Below, one piece after another: positions 1-9,012 of a DNA stretch of 64,000 nt. Location: assembly GCA_964463375.1 (NCBI GenBank), contig CAYXBQ010000005.1:32698-96697 (forward strand), read 5' to 3'. Under the pieces are notes generated by a model. It ran no database searches, was not told the origin of the DNA, and worked only from the letters and a program-made list of their open reading frames with translations. Both the position numbers and the translations under genes were made by a program. This DNA comes from an uncultured Ruminococcus sp. Lineage in GTDB: Bacteria; Bacillota; Clostridia; Oscillospirales; CAG-272. Positions within the stretch are counted from its first letter, which is position 1. Every line of letters begins with the position of its first letter.

Positions 1-672
1 GGATTTGCAAAGCTGGACAGCGATATGCAGTCGTTCCTGGGCAATGCACTGAAGATCGGCATGAAGCTGATCATAGTGCTGGTGGCGGTATCCATGGTGG
101 GTGTCAAGACGACAGCATTGGTGGCAGCACTGACTACCTGTGGTGCTGCTATCGCGTTGGCACTGCAGGGCGGGCTTTCCAACATTGCGGCCGGGGTCAT
201 CATCGTACTGTGCCGTCCCTTCCACATTGGGGATTTCATCACAGTGAACGATATTTCCGGTGTAGTCAAGGAGATCGGGCTGTATTACACCACGCTGATC
301 ACCCCCGACAACCAGCGGATCACCATTCCCAATGGTTCCCTTTCCAACAGCACCATCACCAATCTGTCTACGGAAGCTACACGCCGGATCGACTTTGATT
401 TCAGCGTAGCCTATTCCTCCGACATCGATCTGGTCAGAAAGGTGTTGCTGGCTACGGCTGCCAATGACGAAAACATTTTGCAGGATCCGGAACCGGAGGT
501 GGTGATCGCCGGTCATGGAGACAATGCGATCCAGGTCAAGCTGCGGTTGTGGGTGGCCTCGGAAAACTACTGGGCTGTGTACTTCTCGCTGTACGAAGAC
601 GTGAAGAAGGCCTTCGATCAGTTCGAGATCGAGATCCCCTTCCCCCAGTTGGATGTGCATATGCGTCAGTAA
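1..672 (+). CDS. MscS-family mechanosensitive channel (5' end lies outside the window)
   Basis: Frame 1 is open from base 1. A Gly/Ala-rich pore helix TTCGAAIALALQGGLSNIAAGVIIV is followed by the MscS beta-domain FHIGDFITVNDISGVVKEIGLYYTTLITPDNQRITIPNG. Confidence 0.85.
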   Translation, partial: GFAKLDSDMQSFLGNALKIGMKLIIVLVAVSMVGVKTTALVAALTTCGAAIALALQGGLSNIAAGVIIVLCRPFHIGDFITVNDISGVVKEIGLYYTTLITPDNQRITIPNGSLSNSTITNLSTEATRRIDFDFSVAYSSDIDLVRKVLLATAANDENILQDPEPEVVIAGHGDNAIQVKLRLWVASENYWAVYFSLYEDVKKAFDQFEIEIPFPQLDVHMRQ

Positions 673-690
673 AATTCGATACAATATTGA

Positions 691-720
691 AAAGCCATCA
701 GGAACGCTGGTGGCTTTTTA
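691..720 (+). terminator. Rho-independent terminator after the MscS gene
   Basis: Stem aaagccatcag / ctggtggcttt with one mismatch, followed by a T-run, 19 nt after the stop codon. Confidence 0.5.
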
Positions 721-789
721 CTTATGTACACAGATCGAAACGATCAACTGGAAATTCTACCATCGGTTATTTGATTCGGAATACATTGA

Positions 790-954
790 ATCACTCTTAA
801 CAATCATATAACGCAAGAGGAATTCGGAAAGCTTTTGGGCGTTTCCGCACAGGCGATCTCGAAATGGGAACGAAAGGAATGCTATCCCGATATTACCTTT
901 CTCCCCGATATTGCTTCGCTTTTGCATTGCAGCGTGAATGATTTGTTTGTATAA
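790..954 (+). pseudogene. Truncated XRE-family helix-turn-helix remnant with no ATG/GTG/TTG start
   Basis: My own translation of frame 1 gives ITLNNHITQEEFGKLLGVSAQAISKWERKECYPDITFLPDIASLLHCSVNDLFV*. 'TQEEFGKLLGVSAQAISKWERKECYPD' is the classic HTH_3 helix2-turn-helix3. The usual first helix and a start codon are missing, and a TGA lies directly upstream at 787. Confidence 0.45.
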
Positions 955-1046
955 GTTATAATTGCCAGTCTGGTAACAAGCATGACAGAACAAAACCCAG
1001 TGATCCATGAAAGAAACACTGGGCTTTTGATTATTTGGGGGATTTA

Positions 1047-1877
1047 TTACACGGTATACCAATGTTCCGGGTCGTCCAGTGCCATTCTTCCCTTTTCCAG
1101 GATGCCCATGATGGCGATGGTCTGGGCGTGGTCTACCTTTACGTCACCGGTGCGGAAGAAATCTACCAGATCCACGATGAAGTTCGGGAAATAGTCGGTG
1201 CAGTCCGGGATCACAGCGACCTGGTCGTTGGCATACTTGATCTGGAGGTTGAAGGAACCGCTGCCGTAGGTGTTCATGGTGGCTCTTCTGCCGTCGGCAA
1301 AGTCGATCAGCAGACCGGGAGCCTTGGCGGTGCCGATGCTCATGACACGGCGCACATCGCTGCCCATCAGGGTCACGATGGGTTCCACCTGGTGGATGGC
1401 GTAGATCGGGAACACGCCGGGGCCACGGGAGCTGATGAAATCAATGCCGTTCTTTTCGGTGGCACGGATCTCATTGGCAAAGCGGAGTGCCGAGGAGGAG
1501 AAGCAGGGGGTATTGTGGGCTTCCGCATTGGCAAAGATCTCTTCGGCTGCCTTCCGAGAGGTGGCAAAGGTCTTGTCCACGTAGGTGCGCTTGCCGGATG
1601 CCAGAGGAAGTGCGCACAGCTCCGGGTGCATTTCCGGGTTGTCCGGGGACAGCACCACCAGGCAGTCGTTTTCTTCGATCACCTCTTCGATGGAGGTAGC
1701 GTGCTTGACACCAAACTTTTCGCACCACTGTTCGCTGGTCATGCCGCTGTGGGGGGATGTGATCTGGCCATAGGCAGAGCCTACAGTCACTTCTCCGTTC
1801 GAAGCATCGGCAAACAGCTTCGGGTAGTTATTGGCGTGCCACTCGTCTAAGTAATAATCAATAAATCCAACTTTCAT
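1047..1877 (-). CDS. Gfo/Idh/MocA-like oxidoreductase family protein
   Basis: 276 aa. The N-terminus MKVGFIDYYLDEWHANNYP is typical of a Gfo/Idh/MocA-annotated subfamily. SD aaagga lies 8 nt upstream. The gene starts 32 nt downstream of the stop of the beta-helix gene on the same strand. Confidence 0.6.
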   Translation of the reverse strand: MKVGFIDYYLDEWHANNYPKLFADASNGEVTVGSAYGQITSPHSGMTSEQWCEKFGVKHATSIEEVIEENDCLVVLSPDNPEMHPELCALPLASGKRTYVDKTFATSRKAAEEIFANAEAHNTPCFSSSALRFANEIRATEKNGIDFISSRGPGVFPIYAIHQVEPIVTLMGSDVRRVMSIGTAKAPGLLIDFADGRRATMNTYGSGSFNLQIKYANDQVAVIPDCTDYFPNFIVDLVDFFRTGDVKVDHAQTIAIMGILEKGRMALDDPEHWYTV

Positions 1878-1909
1878 GGGATATGTTCCTTTCGTTTGGC
1901 TTGGGATAT

Positions 1910-4039
1910 TTATTTCTGCCGTCCCATTTGGTCGATGGGTAGGTTGGCGAAATCGGGGATGGCCTGGAATACGGGGCTATCCGGGGCAAACTGCCAGGTT
2001 TCCGTATCCAGTCCGGCTTCTGCTGCGGTGGTATACACAGGATTGTTTGCCACGGTGCTATAGGTGTACACCGACTGGGCAATGCGACCCAACCTGCCTT
2101 CCGCATCGATGACAATATTATTTTGTACGCTGCAATAGGTGGGGTTCACGGGGAAGTCCGGGTCGTCGTATTTGTCGAAATCCAAAATGATCTTGGACAG
2201 CAGAGGATACTTTTCCTTCCAGATCCCTTCTGCATAGGGTACGGCCTTCAGGTGCTGCCAATGGGGGGCATCGGGTTTGTTGACGGCTGCTCTTGCCCAA
2301 CCGTCATTCACAAAGCCGTCTCGGTTCCGGTCATCGTAAGAAATGGGCGTACCGCAGTGGATCAGCACATTTTTCTCCACGGTATTCTCTCGACCGCCAC
2401 CGACCAGGAAACCGTTCTTGCCCACGTCGATCAGCAGGTTGCCGTATGCAGTCTGGCCGGAGTGACCGTCGTCCCAGTAAATGCCGTCCGGATGGAATTC
2501 GCCCTGGCCGATCCGCTCTAAACGATTGTAGCGGATCACGCAACCGTTGGCAGCCCAGTCGTATCCGGCATAGATGGCACCGGCATCGCTGGACATGAGC
2601 ACCATGTCGTGGATGTAGTTGTATTCGAGGATATGCTCGTTGCCGCTGTACATGATGGCGGCATGGGGAGAGTTACAGATCTCGCAGTGGTCACAGGTAT
2701 TGCCTACACCGGAGAGGCGTACGCCGGGCTGGTAGGTCTGGTATACCTCGGAAAAATCGTGGATATAGCAATTGGTCACTCGGTTGCCGCCGGGAGTCAA
2801 GGTCTGTCTGTCACCACCGGAGAGGTAGATGCCACCCTTGCCGGTGTGGGTCACTTCGCAGGTGTCCACCAGGTTGTTATTCCCTTCGATGTGCATGGCA
2901 TCTCCGGCGATATTCTTCACCAGAATATTCTGGAAGGTCATATTTTCCCCTCGGCAGGAGATCCCGTCTCCCATGGTACACCGCAGAGTCAGATCCCGGA
3001 AAGTCATGTTGCAGGTGTCTTCACAGGAGAGCAGCGGTCTGTCCTGGCAGTAGAAGTCGATGGTATCGGCGTTTTCGTCGGGGTAGAAATACAGCTTGCC
3101 GGTCTGGCGATCCAGGTACCATTCATATACCGTATCCAGTTCTTCCGGTACGTTGTAGAAGTAGTAGTTCGCACCCGGTCTGGCACCGTAGCGGCTAACG
3201 TACTTCGGGAAGAAGCGGCGGTTGGTGGTGTCCACGGTGATGGGCGTGGAAGAATCGGCCCAGTCCCACATAAAGTAGCCGAATGCCCATGCAGTGGACG
3301 GATCCGCCCAACGGGAAATATAGGCATTTGTCTTACGGTCGATGATGTAGATACCGCCACGATGGTCTTTGCGGTCGCCCCAATCCCGGTAGTAGTTTTG
3401 GGGTGGAAACTCGGCACAGTCGCCTACATCTGCTATGGCATCTAACTTTAGATAGCCTTCGTTGGGATAGCGGGCGATGGTCATGCGATGGTCTCCGCAG
3501 AAGGCTTCACAACGGCTGCCACCGGGTACATCTGTGTATTTACCGGCGGTATGGAAGGCACCGATGGCCTGCATTTCGCCCCAATCGGCATAGGACAGAC
3601 CATAGGCTGTCAGATCCACCATGTATATCTTATTCCGGATCTCCGGAGAAAAGCGAGTTGCCATAGCTTCGTCCGGTGCGCACCATTTGTCTTTTGGGAT
3701 CGTCAAACCGCCATGGAGCACAGCACCCTCTTCCCCCTGCCAGGTGATATGACAAGCTGCGGCGCAATCCTCTTTGGTGAAAACAAAATCGGCGGGCGAA
3801 TAGGTGTCGGCAGGCAGATGGATCGTGATCTGAGCCGAACCATCGGCTACCGAACCATCGGCTGTCGAACCATCGGCTGTCGAACAGTCGACTGTCAAAC
3901 AGTCGGGACTTTTTATCAGCTCCCGCACCATTTTACGGGCTTCCTGGATACTGCCTGTGATTTTGCATGAATCAGAGTCTATTCCTGCAATTTCAGCGGT
4001 ATTCGAGGCGTTTTTTATCCAAATATGCATAAGCTTCAT
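1910..4039 (-). CDS. Right-handed parallel beta-helix repeat protein (glycosidase/lyase-like), no signal peptide
   Basis: 709 aa. Repeated beta-helix turns are visible (NILVKNIAGDAMHIEGNNNLVDTCEVTH, GGIYLSGGD, NRVTNCYIHD, NEHILEYNYIHD, AGAIYAG). SD aaggag lies 7 nt upstream. Confidence 0.7.
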   Translation of the reverse strand: MKLMHIWIKNASNTAEIAGIDSDSCKITGSIQEARKMVRELIKSPDCLTVDCSTADGSTADGSVADGSAQITIHLPADTYSPADFVFTKEDCAAACHITWQGEEGAVLHGGLTIPKDKWCAPDEAMATRFSPEIRNKIYMVDLTAYGLSYADWGEMQAIGAFHTAGKYTDVPGGSRCEAFCGDHRMTIARYPNEGYLKLDAIADVGDCAEFPPQNYYRDWGDRKDHRGGIYIIDRKTNAYISRWADPSTAWAFGYFMWDWADSSTPITVDTTNRRFFPKYVSRYGARPGANYYFYNVPEELDTVYEWYLDRQTGKLYFYPDENADTIDFYCQDRPLLSCEDTCNMTFRDLTLRCTMGDGISCRGENMTFQNILVKNIAGDAMHIEGNNNLVDTCEVTHTGKGGIYLSGGDRQTLTPGGNRVTNCYIHDFSEVYQTYQPGVRLSGVGNTCDHCEICNSPHAAIMYSGNEHILEYNYIHDMVLMSSDAGAIYAGYDWAANGCVIRYNRLERIGQGEFHPDGIYWDDGHSGQTAYGNLLIDVGKNGFLVGGGRENTVEKNVLIHCGTPISYDDRNRDGFVNDGWARAAVNKPDAPHWQHLKAVPYAEGIWKEKYPLLSKIILDFDKYDDPDFPVNPTYCSVQNNIVIDAEGRLGRIAQSVYTYSTVANNPVYTTAAEAGLDTETWQFAPDSPVFQAIPDFANLPIDQMGRQK
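3836..3910. repeat. 15-bp in-frame tandem repeat (about 5 copies) inside the beta-helix gene
   Basis: Copies are cgaaccatcggctac, cgaaccatcggctgt, cgaaccatcggctgt, cgaacagtcgactgt and caaacagtcgggact. On the minus strand they encode ...DCLTVDCSTADGSTADGSVADGS... Confidence 0.9.
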
Positions 4040-4217
4040 TTTCGTGCTCCTTTACCATGAAAAGTGAAAAAACCACAGCTATAGTTTATCATATTTCGCT
4101 GAAAAACGCAAGGGCTATTCCGGATTTTTCGGGATCAATTTCCGGATTCTTCCTTGCAATTTCCATATTGCACAGGAATTTCGGTGTCTGGGTGCTGTAT
4201 TTTGATACTTTTCCATT

Positions 4218-4247
4218 GTTGACAAGGCACCGTCTTATGTAGTATAA
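4218..4247 (+). promoter_or_regulatory. Sigma-A type promoter of the aconitase-icd operon
   Basis: TTGACA, 18-nt spacer, TATAAT (ttgacaaggcaccgtcttatgtagtataat), about 110 nt upstream of the ATG at 4360. Confidence 0.55.
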
Positions 4248-4359
4248 TAAGTGTATATTTTTGTGAATCCTCGCTGCTCTTTTATCGATGGAAAAAAAGA
4301 TTCTGCATAAGTGCAGTTCGTTTCCGTCAAAAGCAGGGGGAATGGAAGGAGAACATAGT

Positions 4360-6291
4360 ATGGGACTGACACTGGCTGAAAAGATCCTGAAAGCCCATGT
4401 GGTGGATGGTGAATTTGTGAAGGGGAAAGAGATCGGTTTGAAGATCGACCAGACCTTGACCCAGGATGCGACGGGTACCATGGCGTATATCGAATTTGAA
4501 GCAATGGGCATCTCGCAGGTAAAGACCGAGCGTTCGGTAGCCTATATCGACCACAACACGTTACAGAACGGATTTGAGAATGCGGATGACCACCGGTTCA
4601 TTGGCTCCTGTGCCAAAAAGCACGGGATCTACTTCTCTCGTCCCGGCAACGGTATCTGCCACCAGGTGCATCTGGAACGGTTCGGCGTGCCCGGGAAGAC
4701 CCTGATCGGCTCTGACAGCCATACGCCTACCGGTGGTGGTCTGGGGATGCTGGCTATGGGTGCCGGCGGATTGGACGTGGCTGTAGCCATGGGCGGCGGT
4801 GCATACTACATCACCTACCCGAAGATCACCAATATCGTTCTCCATGGCAAGCTGCAGGACTGGGTGTCTGCCAAGGACGTGATCTTAGAGGTGCTGCGCC
4901 GGATGACCGTGAAGGGTGGCGTTGGCAAGATCATCGAATACACCGGGGATGGCGTGCAGACACTGAGCGTACCGGAAAGAGCGACCATCACCAATATGGG
5001 TGCTGAACTGGGTGCGTCTACTTCCATCTTCCCTTCTGACGACGTGACTAAGGCCTTCCTGGAAGCACAGGGGCGTGGGGACGTGTGGGTGCCGCTGTCT
5101 GCCGATGCAGATGCTGTATACGATGAGACCATCGAGATCGACCTGTCTGCGCTGGAACCCATGGTTGCCAGACCCCATTCGCCGGACAACGTATGTAAGA
5201 TCACGGAGCTGGGGCGGATGAAGGTAGACCAGGTATGTATCGGTTCCTGCACCAACAGCTCGCTGGCAGACATGATGAAGGTGGCATACATTCTCCGTGG
5301 CAAGACCGTACATCCCGATGTATCGCTGTCCATTGCGCCCGGCTCTAAGCAGGTGCTGACCATGCTGGCGGACAACCATGCCCTGGAAGACATGATCGCT
5401 GCCGGTGCTCGTGTGCTGGAATCTGCCTGCGGTCCCTGCATCGGTATGGGACAGTCTCCCAACTCTGCCGGTATTTCTCTCCGTACCTTCAACCGGAACT
5501 TTGAAGGACGCAGCGGTACCAGAGACGGGCAGATCTATCTGGTGTCTCCCGAAGTGGCTGCGGCTTCTGCCATTTGCGGCTATCTGGCGGATCCTCGTGA
5601 GCTGGGTATTATGCCCCAGATCCCCATGCCGGAGAAGTTTATGATCAACGACAATATGATCGCACTGCCGGCACCGGCTGACGAAGCAGACCAGGTGGAG
5701 ATCCTGCGTGGTCCCAACATCAAGGATTATCCGGCCACCGCACCTCTGGCAGACAGACTGGAATGCCCGGTTTCTCTGAAGGTCGGCGACAACATCACCA
5801 CCGACCATATCATGCCGGCCGGTGCCAAGATCCTGCCCCTGCGTTCCAATATCCCGGCCATCTCGGAGCACTGCTTTACCGTTTGCGATAAGGAATTCCC
5901 CCAAAGAGCCAAGGCACTGGGACAGAGCATCGTAGTTGGCGGCGTGAACTACGGACAGGGTTCGTCCAGAGAACATGCAGCTTTGGCACCGCTGTACCTG
6001 GGGATCAAGGCGGTACTGGTGAAATCCTTTGCCCGGATCCATCGTGCCAATCTGCTGAATGCCGGGATCATGCCCCTGGAATTCGTGAACGAAGGGGACT
6101 ATGACACCATCGATGCCGGAGATACGCTGGTGATCGAAGGACTGCGGGATGCTGTGGCCGATGGCAAGGACATCGTTGTGGTGAACCAGACCAAGGGACA
6201 CACCATTCCTGTAAAGTGCGAGCTGAGCAGCCGGATGCGGGATATTCTGCTGGCCGGTGGGCTGCTGGATTATACAAAGCAAAATGGCTGA
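4360..6291 (+). CDS. acn: Aconitate hydratase
   Basis: MGLTLAEKILKAHV start with SD ggaagga. Fe-S ligand region IGSCTNS and ...ACGPCIGMGQ, swivel domain VVGGVNYGQGSSREHAA. The upstream ATG at 4288 lacks an SD. Confidence 0.9.
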   Translation: MGLTLAEKILKAHVVDGEFVKGKEIGLKIDQTLTQDATGTMAYIEFEAMGISQVKTERSVAYIDHNTLQNGFENADDHRFIGSCAKKHGIYFSRPGNGICHQVHLERFGVPGKTLIGSDSHTPTGGGLGMLAMGAGGLDVAVAMGGGAYYITYPKITNIVLHGKLQDWVSAKDVILEVLRRMTVKGGVGKIIEYTGDGVQTLSVPERATITNMGAELGASTSIFPSDDVTKAFLEAQGRGDVWVPLSADADAVYDETIEIDLSALEPMVARPHSPDNVCKITELGRMKVDQVCIGSCTNSSLADMMKVAYILRGKTVHPDVSLSIAPGSKQVLTMLADNHALEDMIAAGARVLESACGPCIGMGQSPNSAGISLRTFNRNFEGRSGTRDGQIYLVSPEVAAASAICGYLADPRELGIMPQIPMPEKFMINDNMIALPAPADEADQVEILRGPNIKDYPATAPLADRLECPVSLKVGDNITTDHIMPAGAKILPLRSNIPAISEHCFTVCDKEFPQRAKALGQSIVVGGVNYGQGSSREHAALAPLYLGIKAVLVKSFARIHRANLLNAGIMPLEFVNEGDYDTIDAGDTLVIEGLRDAVADGKDIVVVNQTKGHTIPVKCELSSRMRDILLAGGLLDYTKQNG

Positions 6292-6312
6292 GGCCGTGAA
6301 GGAGATATAACT

Positions 6313-7512
6313 ATGGCAAAGATCAAGATGACCACGCCCCTGGTCGAGATGGATGGGGACGAAATGACCCGTGTGCTCTGGAAGATGATCAAGGACATTC
6401 TGCTGGAGCCCTATATTGAACTGAACACCGAATACTACGACCTGGGTCTTCCTTATCGTGACCAGACCAACGACCAGGTGACCATCGATGCGGCGGAAGC
6501 CACCAAGAAATATGGCGTTGCTGTCAAGTGTGCCACCATCACGCCCAATGCGGCCCGTGTGGAAGAATACAATCTGAAGGAAATGTGGAAGTCTCCCAAC
6601 GGTACGATCCGGGCCATTCTGGACGGTACGGTATTCCGTGCGCCCATTTTGGTCAAGGGGATTCAGCCTTACATTCCCACTTGGACCAAGCCCATCACCA
6701 TTGCTCGTCATGCATATGGCGACATTTACAAGAATGTGGAAATGCAGGTGCCGGCCGGATCCAAGTGTGAGCTGGTCTGCACGGACGAGAACGGCAACGA
6801 GACTCGCAAGGTGATCCACCAGTTCGGGCAGTCCGGCGGTATCATCCAGGGTGTACACAATGTGGATGCGTCCATCACTTCCTTTGCACGCTGCTGCTTT
6901 ACCTATGCACTGGACAAGAAGCAGGATCTGTGGTTCGCTGCCAAGGACACCATTTCCAAGACCTACGACCATCGGTTCAAGGATATTTTCGCCGAGGTAT
7001 ACGAAAACGAATTCAAGGCAAAGTTCGAAGAAGCTGGTATCGAATATTTCTACACGCTGATCGACGATGCTGTGGCTCGTGTGGTGCGTTCCGAAGGTGG
7101 GTATATCTGGGCCTGCAAGAACTACGATGGGGACGTGATGAGCGATATGCTGGCAACGGCCTATGGTTCTCTGGCTATGATGACCTCTGTGCTGGTGTCT
7201 CCCGATGGGGTCTACGAATACGAAGCGGCACACGGCACGGTGCAGCGGCACTACTACAAGTATCTCAAGGGTGAGACTACTTCCACCAATTCCGTGGCGA
7301 CTATTTTTGCCTGGTCCGGTGCGCTGCGGAAGCGTGGGGAGCTGGATGGCAACACGGAACTGATGGCATTTGCAGATAAGCTGGAAGCGGCTACCATTCG
7401 CACCATTGAAGAAGGCGTGATGACCGGAGATCTGGCATCCATGTCTACGCTGGACAATGTGCAGAAGGTGGATTCCGAGACCTTCCTGCGGGAGATCGCT
7501 GCCAGACTGTAA
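6313..7512 (+). CDS. icd: NADP-dependent isocitrate dehydrogenase (eukaryote-like homodimeric type)
   Basis: 399 aa. [31 protein letters not shown] and [16 protein letters not shown] motifs. Starts 21 nt after the aconitase stop. Confidence 0.9.
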   Translation: MAKIKMTTPLVEMDGDEMTRVLWKMIKDILLEPYIELNTEYYDLGLPYRDQTNDQVTIDAAEATKKYGVAVKCATITPNAARVEEYNLKEMWKSPNGTIRAILDGTVFRAPILVKGIQPYIPTWTKPITIARHAYGDIYKNVEMQVPAGSKCELVCTDENGNETRKVIHQFGQSGGIIQGVHNVDASITSFARCCFTYALDKKQDLWFAAKDTISKTYDHRFKDIFAEVYENEFKAKFEEAGIEYFYTLIDDAVARVVRSEGGYIWACKNYDGDVMSDMLATAYGSLAMMTSVLVSPDGVYEYEAAHGTVQRHYYKYLKGETTSTNSVATIFAWSGALRKRGELDGNTELMAFADKLEAATIRTIEEGVMTGDLASMSTLDNVQKVDSETFLREIAARL

Positions 7513-7539
7513 TTGCTTTGACTGTTGATATATAACAAG

Positions 7540-7572
7540 AAATGGGTACCATTGCGGTAGCCCATTTTTTTT
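7540..7572 (+). terminator. Terminator of the acn-icd operon
   Basis: aatgggtacc attgc ggtagcccat followed by T8. Confidence 0.6.
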
Positions 7573-7580
7573 GCAATAGA

Positions 7581-7614
7581 AAAACCGCCTGTACCATTAT
7601 TTGACGGGCGGTTT
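7581..7614 (-). terminator. Terminator of the minus-strand PPIase lipoprotein gene
   Basis: aaaccgcc / ggcggttt stem. On the minus strand it is followed by tttttc. Confidence 0.55.
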
Positions 7615-7631
7615 ATATAGTTTGGTGAAAA

Positions 7632-8726
7632 TCAGCCGTTCACTTCGGTGATGACTGCCAGCTCTGCTACGGCTTTCATCACGTCTTCCCAATTCAGGGT
7701 AGCACGGATGGCATCTTCGCCATAGTAGCTCTCAAATTCTTCCGTAGACATACCGTACATATTGGCAAGGAAATCCAGGCCTTCGGTGTATTCGGCATCG
7801 GTCAGCTCGGTACCCAAAGCCTTCATCAGCGAATACTGGATCAGATCCTCCTTGACATAGGATTCGGCATCGCTTTTCAGCTGGGCATCGGTGGTGCCGA
7901 CATAGTTCGTCAGGAAGGTGTCATAGTCCACGCCGTACAGTTCGGCATAGTATGCGTACATGGCCTTGGATTCATTGTACAGTCGATCTACTTCCCCATC
8001 CGGATATGCGTGGATCGTGCTGTTCTCTAAGATCTGGCTCCACAGAGAGGAATACATGGCACTTTCGTTTTGATAGGCCTCCTGGGCTTCCACGGAATCC
8101 CGGTACAGGATGCGGAACTCTTCTACGTTGTTGTAGCCGTAGGTCTCCTTCACAAATTCGTCGGTCAGCTCCGGTACGATGTATTCGTCTCCGTAGATGG
8201 CGTGAACGGTGCAAACAAAGGTAACTTCCTTCCCTGCCATATCGTTGCCGTAGTTTTCCGGGAAGGTCACGTCAAAGGAAAACTCCACGCCGGGCATTTG
8301 GCCTTCAAAAGCCTCTGCAAAGCCTTCGATATAGCCGGAATTGGCAGAAACGACGATCTCCGCATTGTTGTCGGTACCACCTTCAAAGGCTTCTCCATCC
8401 AAATATCCGGCGTAGGCAGCACGGACGGTATCGCCTTCTTTTACCTGCCGGTCTGTGATCTCGTTATAGTGGCCATAGGAGTTCAGCAGATCGTCGATCT
8501 TGTTCTCCAGCTCTGCTTCGGTGATGTCCACGATGGTCAGGTTCGCCGCAAGACCCTCATAGGTGCCCAGCGTAACATAGGCGGACAGGTCTTCGTTTTC
8601 ATAATCAAAGCCGGCGGTGTTCAGTTCTCCGCTTTCCACGTTGTCCGTTTTGATGGTATCTCCGCCAGAGCAAGCCGTAGCGGTCAGCAGTGTGGCCAGC
8701 AGCAGACAAATCAGTTTTTTGTTCAT
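7632..8726 (-). CDS. Lipoprotein with a trigger-factor-like FKBP PPIase domain and C-terminal chaperone domain
   Basis: Lipobox MNKKLICLLLATLLTATAC|SGG. FKBP block VKEGDTVRAAYAGYLDGEAFEGGT...GYIEGFAEAFEGQMPGVEFSFDVTFPENY...GKEVTFVCTVHAIY resembles the trigger factor PPIase domain. Confidence 0.7.
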   Translation of the reverse strand: MNKKLICLLLATLLTATACSGGDTIKTDNVESGELNTAGFDYENEDLSAYVTLGTYEGLAANLTIVDITEAELENKIDDLLNSYGHYNEITDRQVKEGDTVRAAYAGYLDGEAFEGGTDNNAEIVVSANSGYIEGFAEAFEGQMPGVEFSFDVTFPENYGNDMAGKEVTFVCTVHAIYGDEYIVPELTDEFVKETYGYNNVEEFRILYRDSVEAQEAYQNESAMYSSLWSQILENSTIHAYPDGEVDRLYNESKAMYAYYAELYGVDYDTFLTNYVGTTDAQLKSDAESYVKEDLIQYSLMKALGTELTDAEYTEGLDFLANMYGMSTEEFESYYGEDAIRATLNWEDVMKAVAELAVITEVNG

Positions 8727-9012
8727 AACATCTCATTCCTTTATATGAATATAGATCCGCTCAGTAGCCGATCCCAACTAACTTATTATACCACAGTTTT
8801 CGTCGTATGTCACGCTATTTTTCTCATTGTTTACAATTCCGTTACACATTCTCCCAACATCAAATCGTTTTTGGCAAGCATTACAGCGGAATTTGGTTTA
8901 TATAGGGAGCATTGTCTGCGTATTTTTGAAAAACTTTTCCAAAAACCCTACCACTACGCACAAAAATATGGTATAATGTACGCAGGAAACCTATGAAAAG
9001 AAGGAACCCATT

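Noticed and set aside
3836-3910. Could the 15-bp repeats be a CRISPR-like array?
   Set aside because: The units are contiguous with no spacers, only 15 bp long, in-frame inside a well-supported CDS, and no cas genes are nearby.
4885-7251. A 788-aa ORF antisense to both the aconitase and icd genes, spanning their intergenic gap.
   Set aside because: It is exactly codon-aligned with the sense genes: both are in frame 1, and the minus-strand codons share the same boundaries. Antisense stops would therefore require sense TTA, CTA or TCA codons, which this genome's codon usage almost never uses. The translated product is low-complexity (Arg/Gly/His/Val-rich) with no recognisable motif. It is a shadow ORF.
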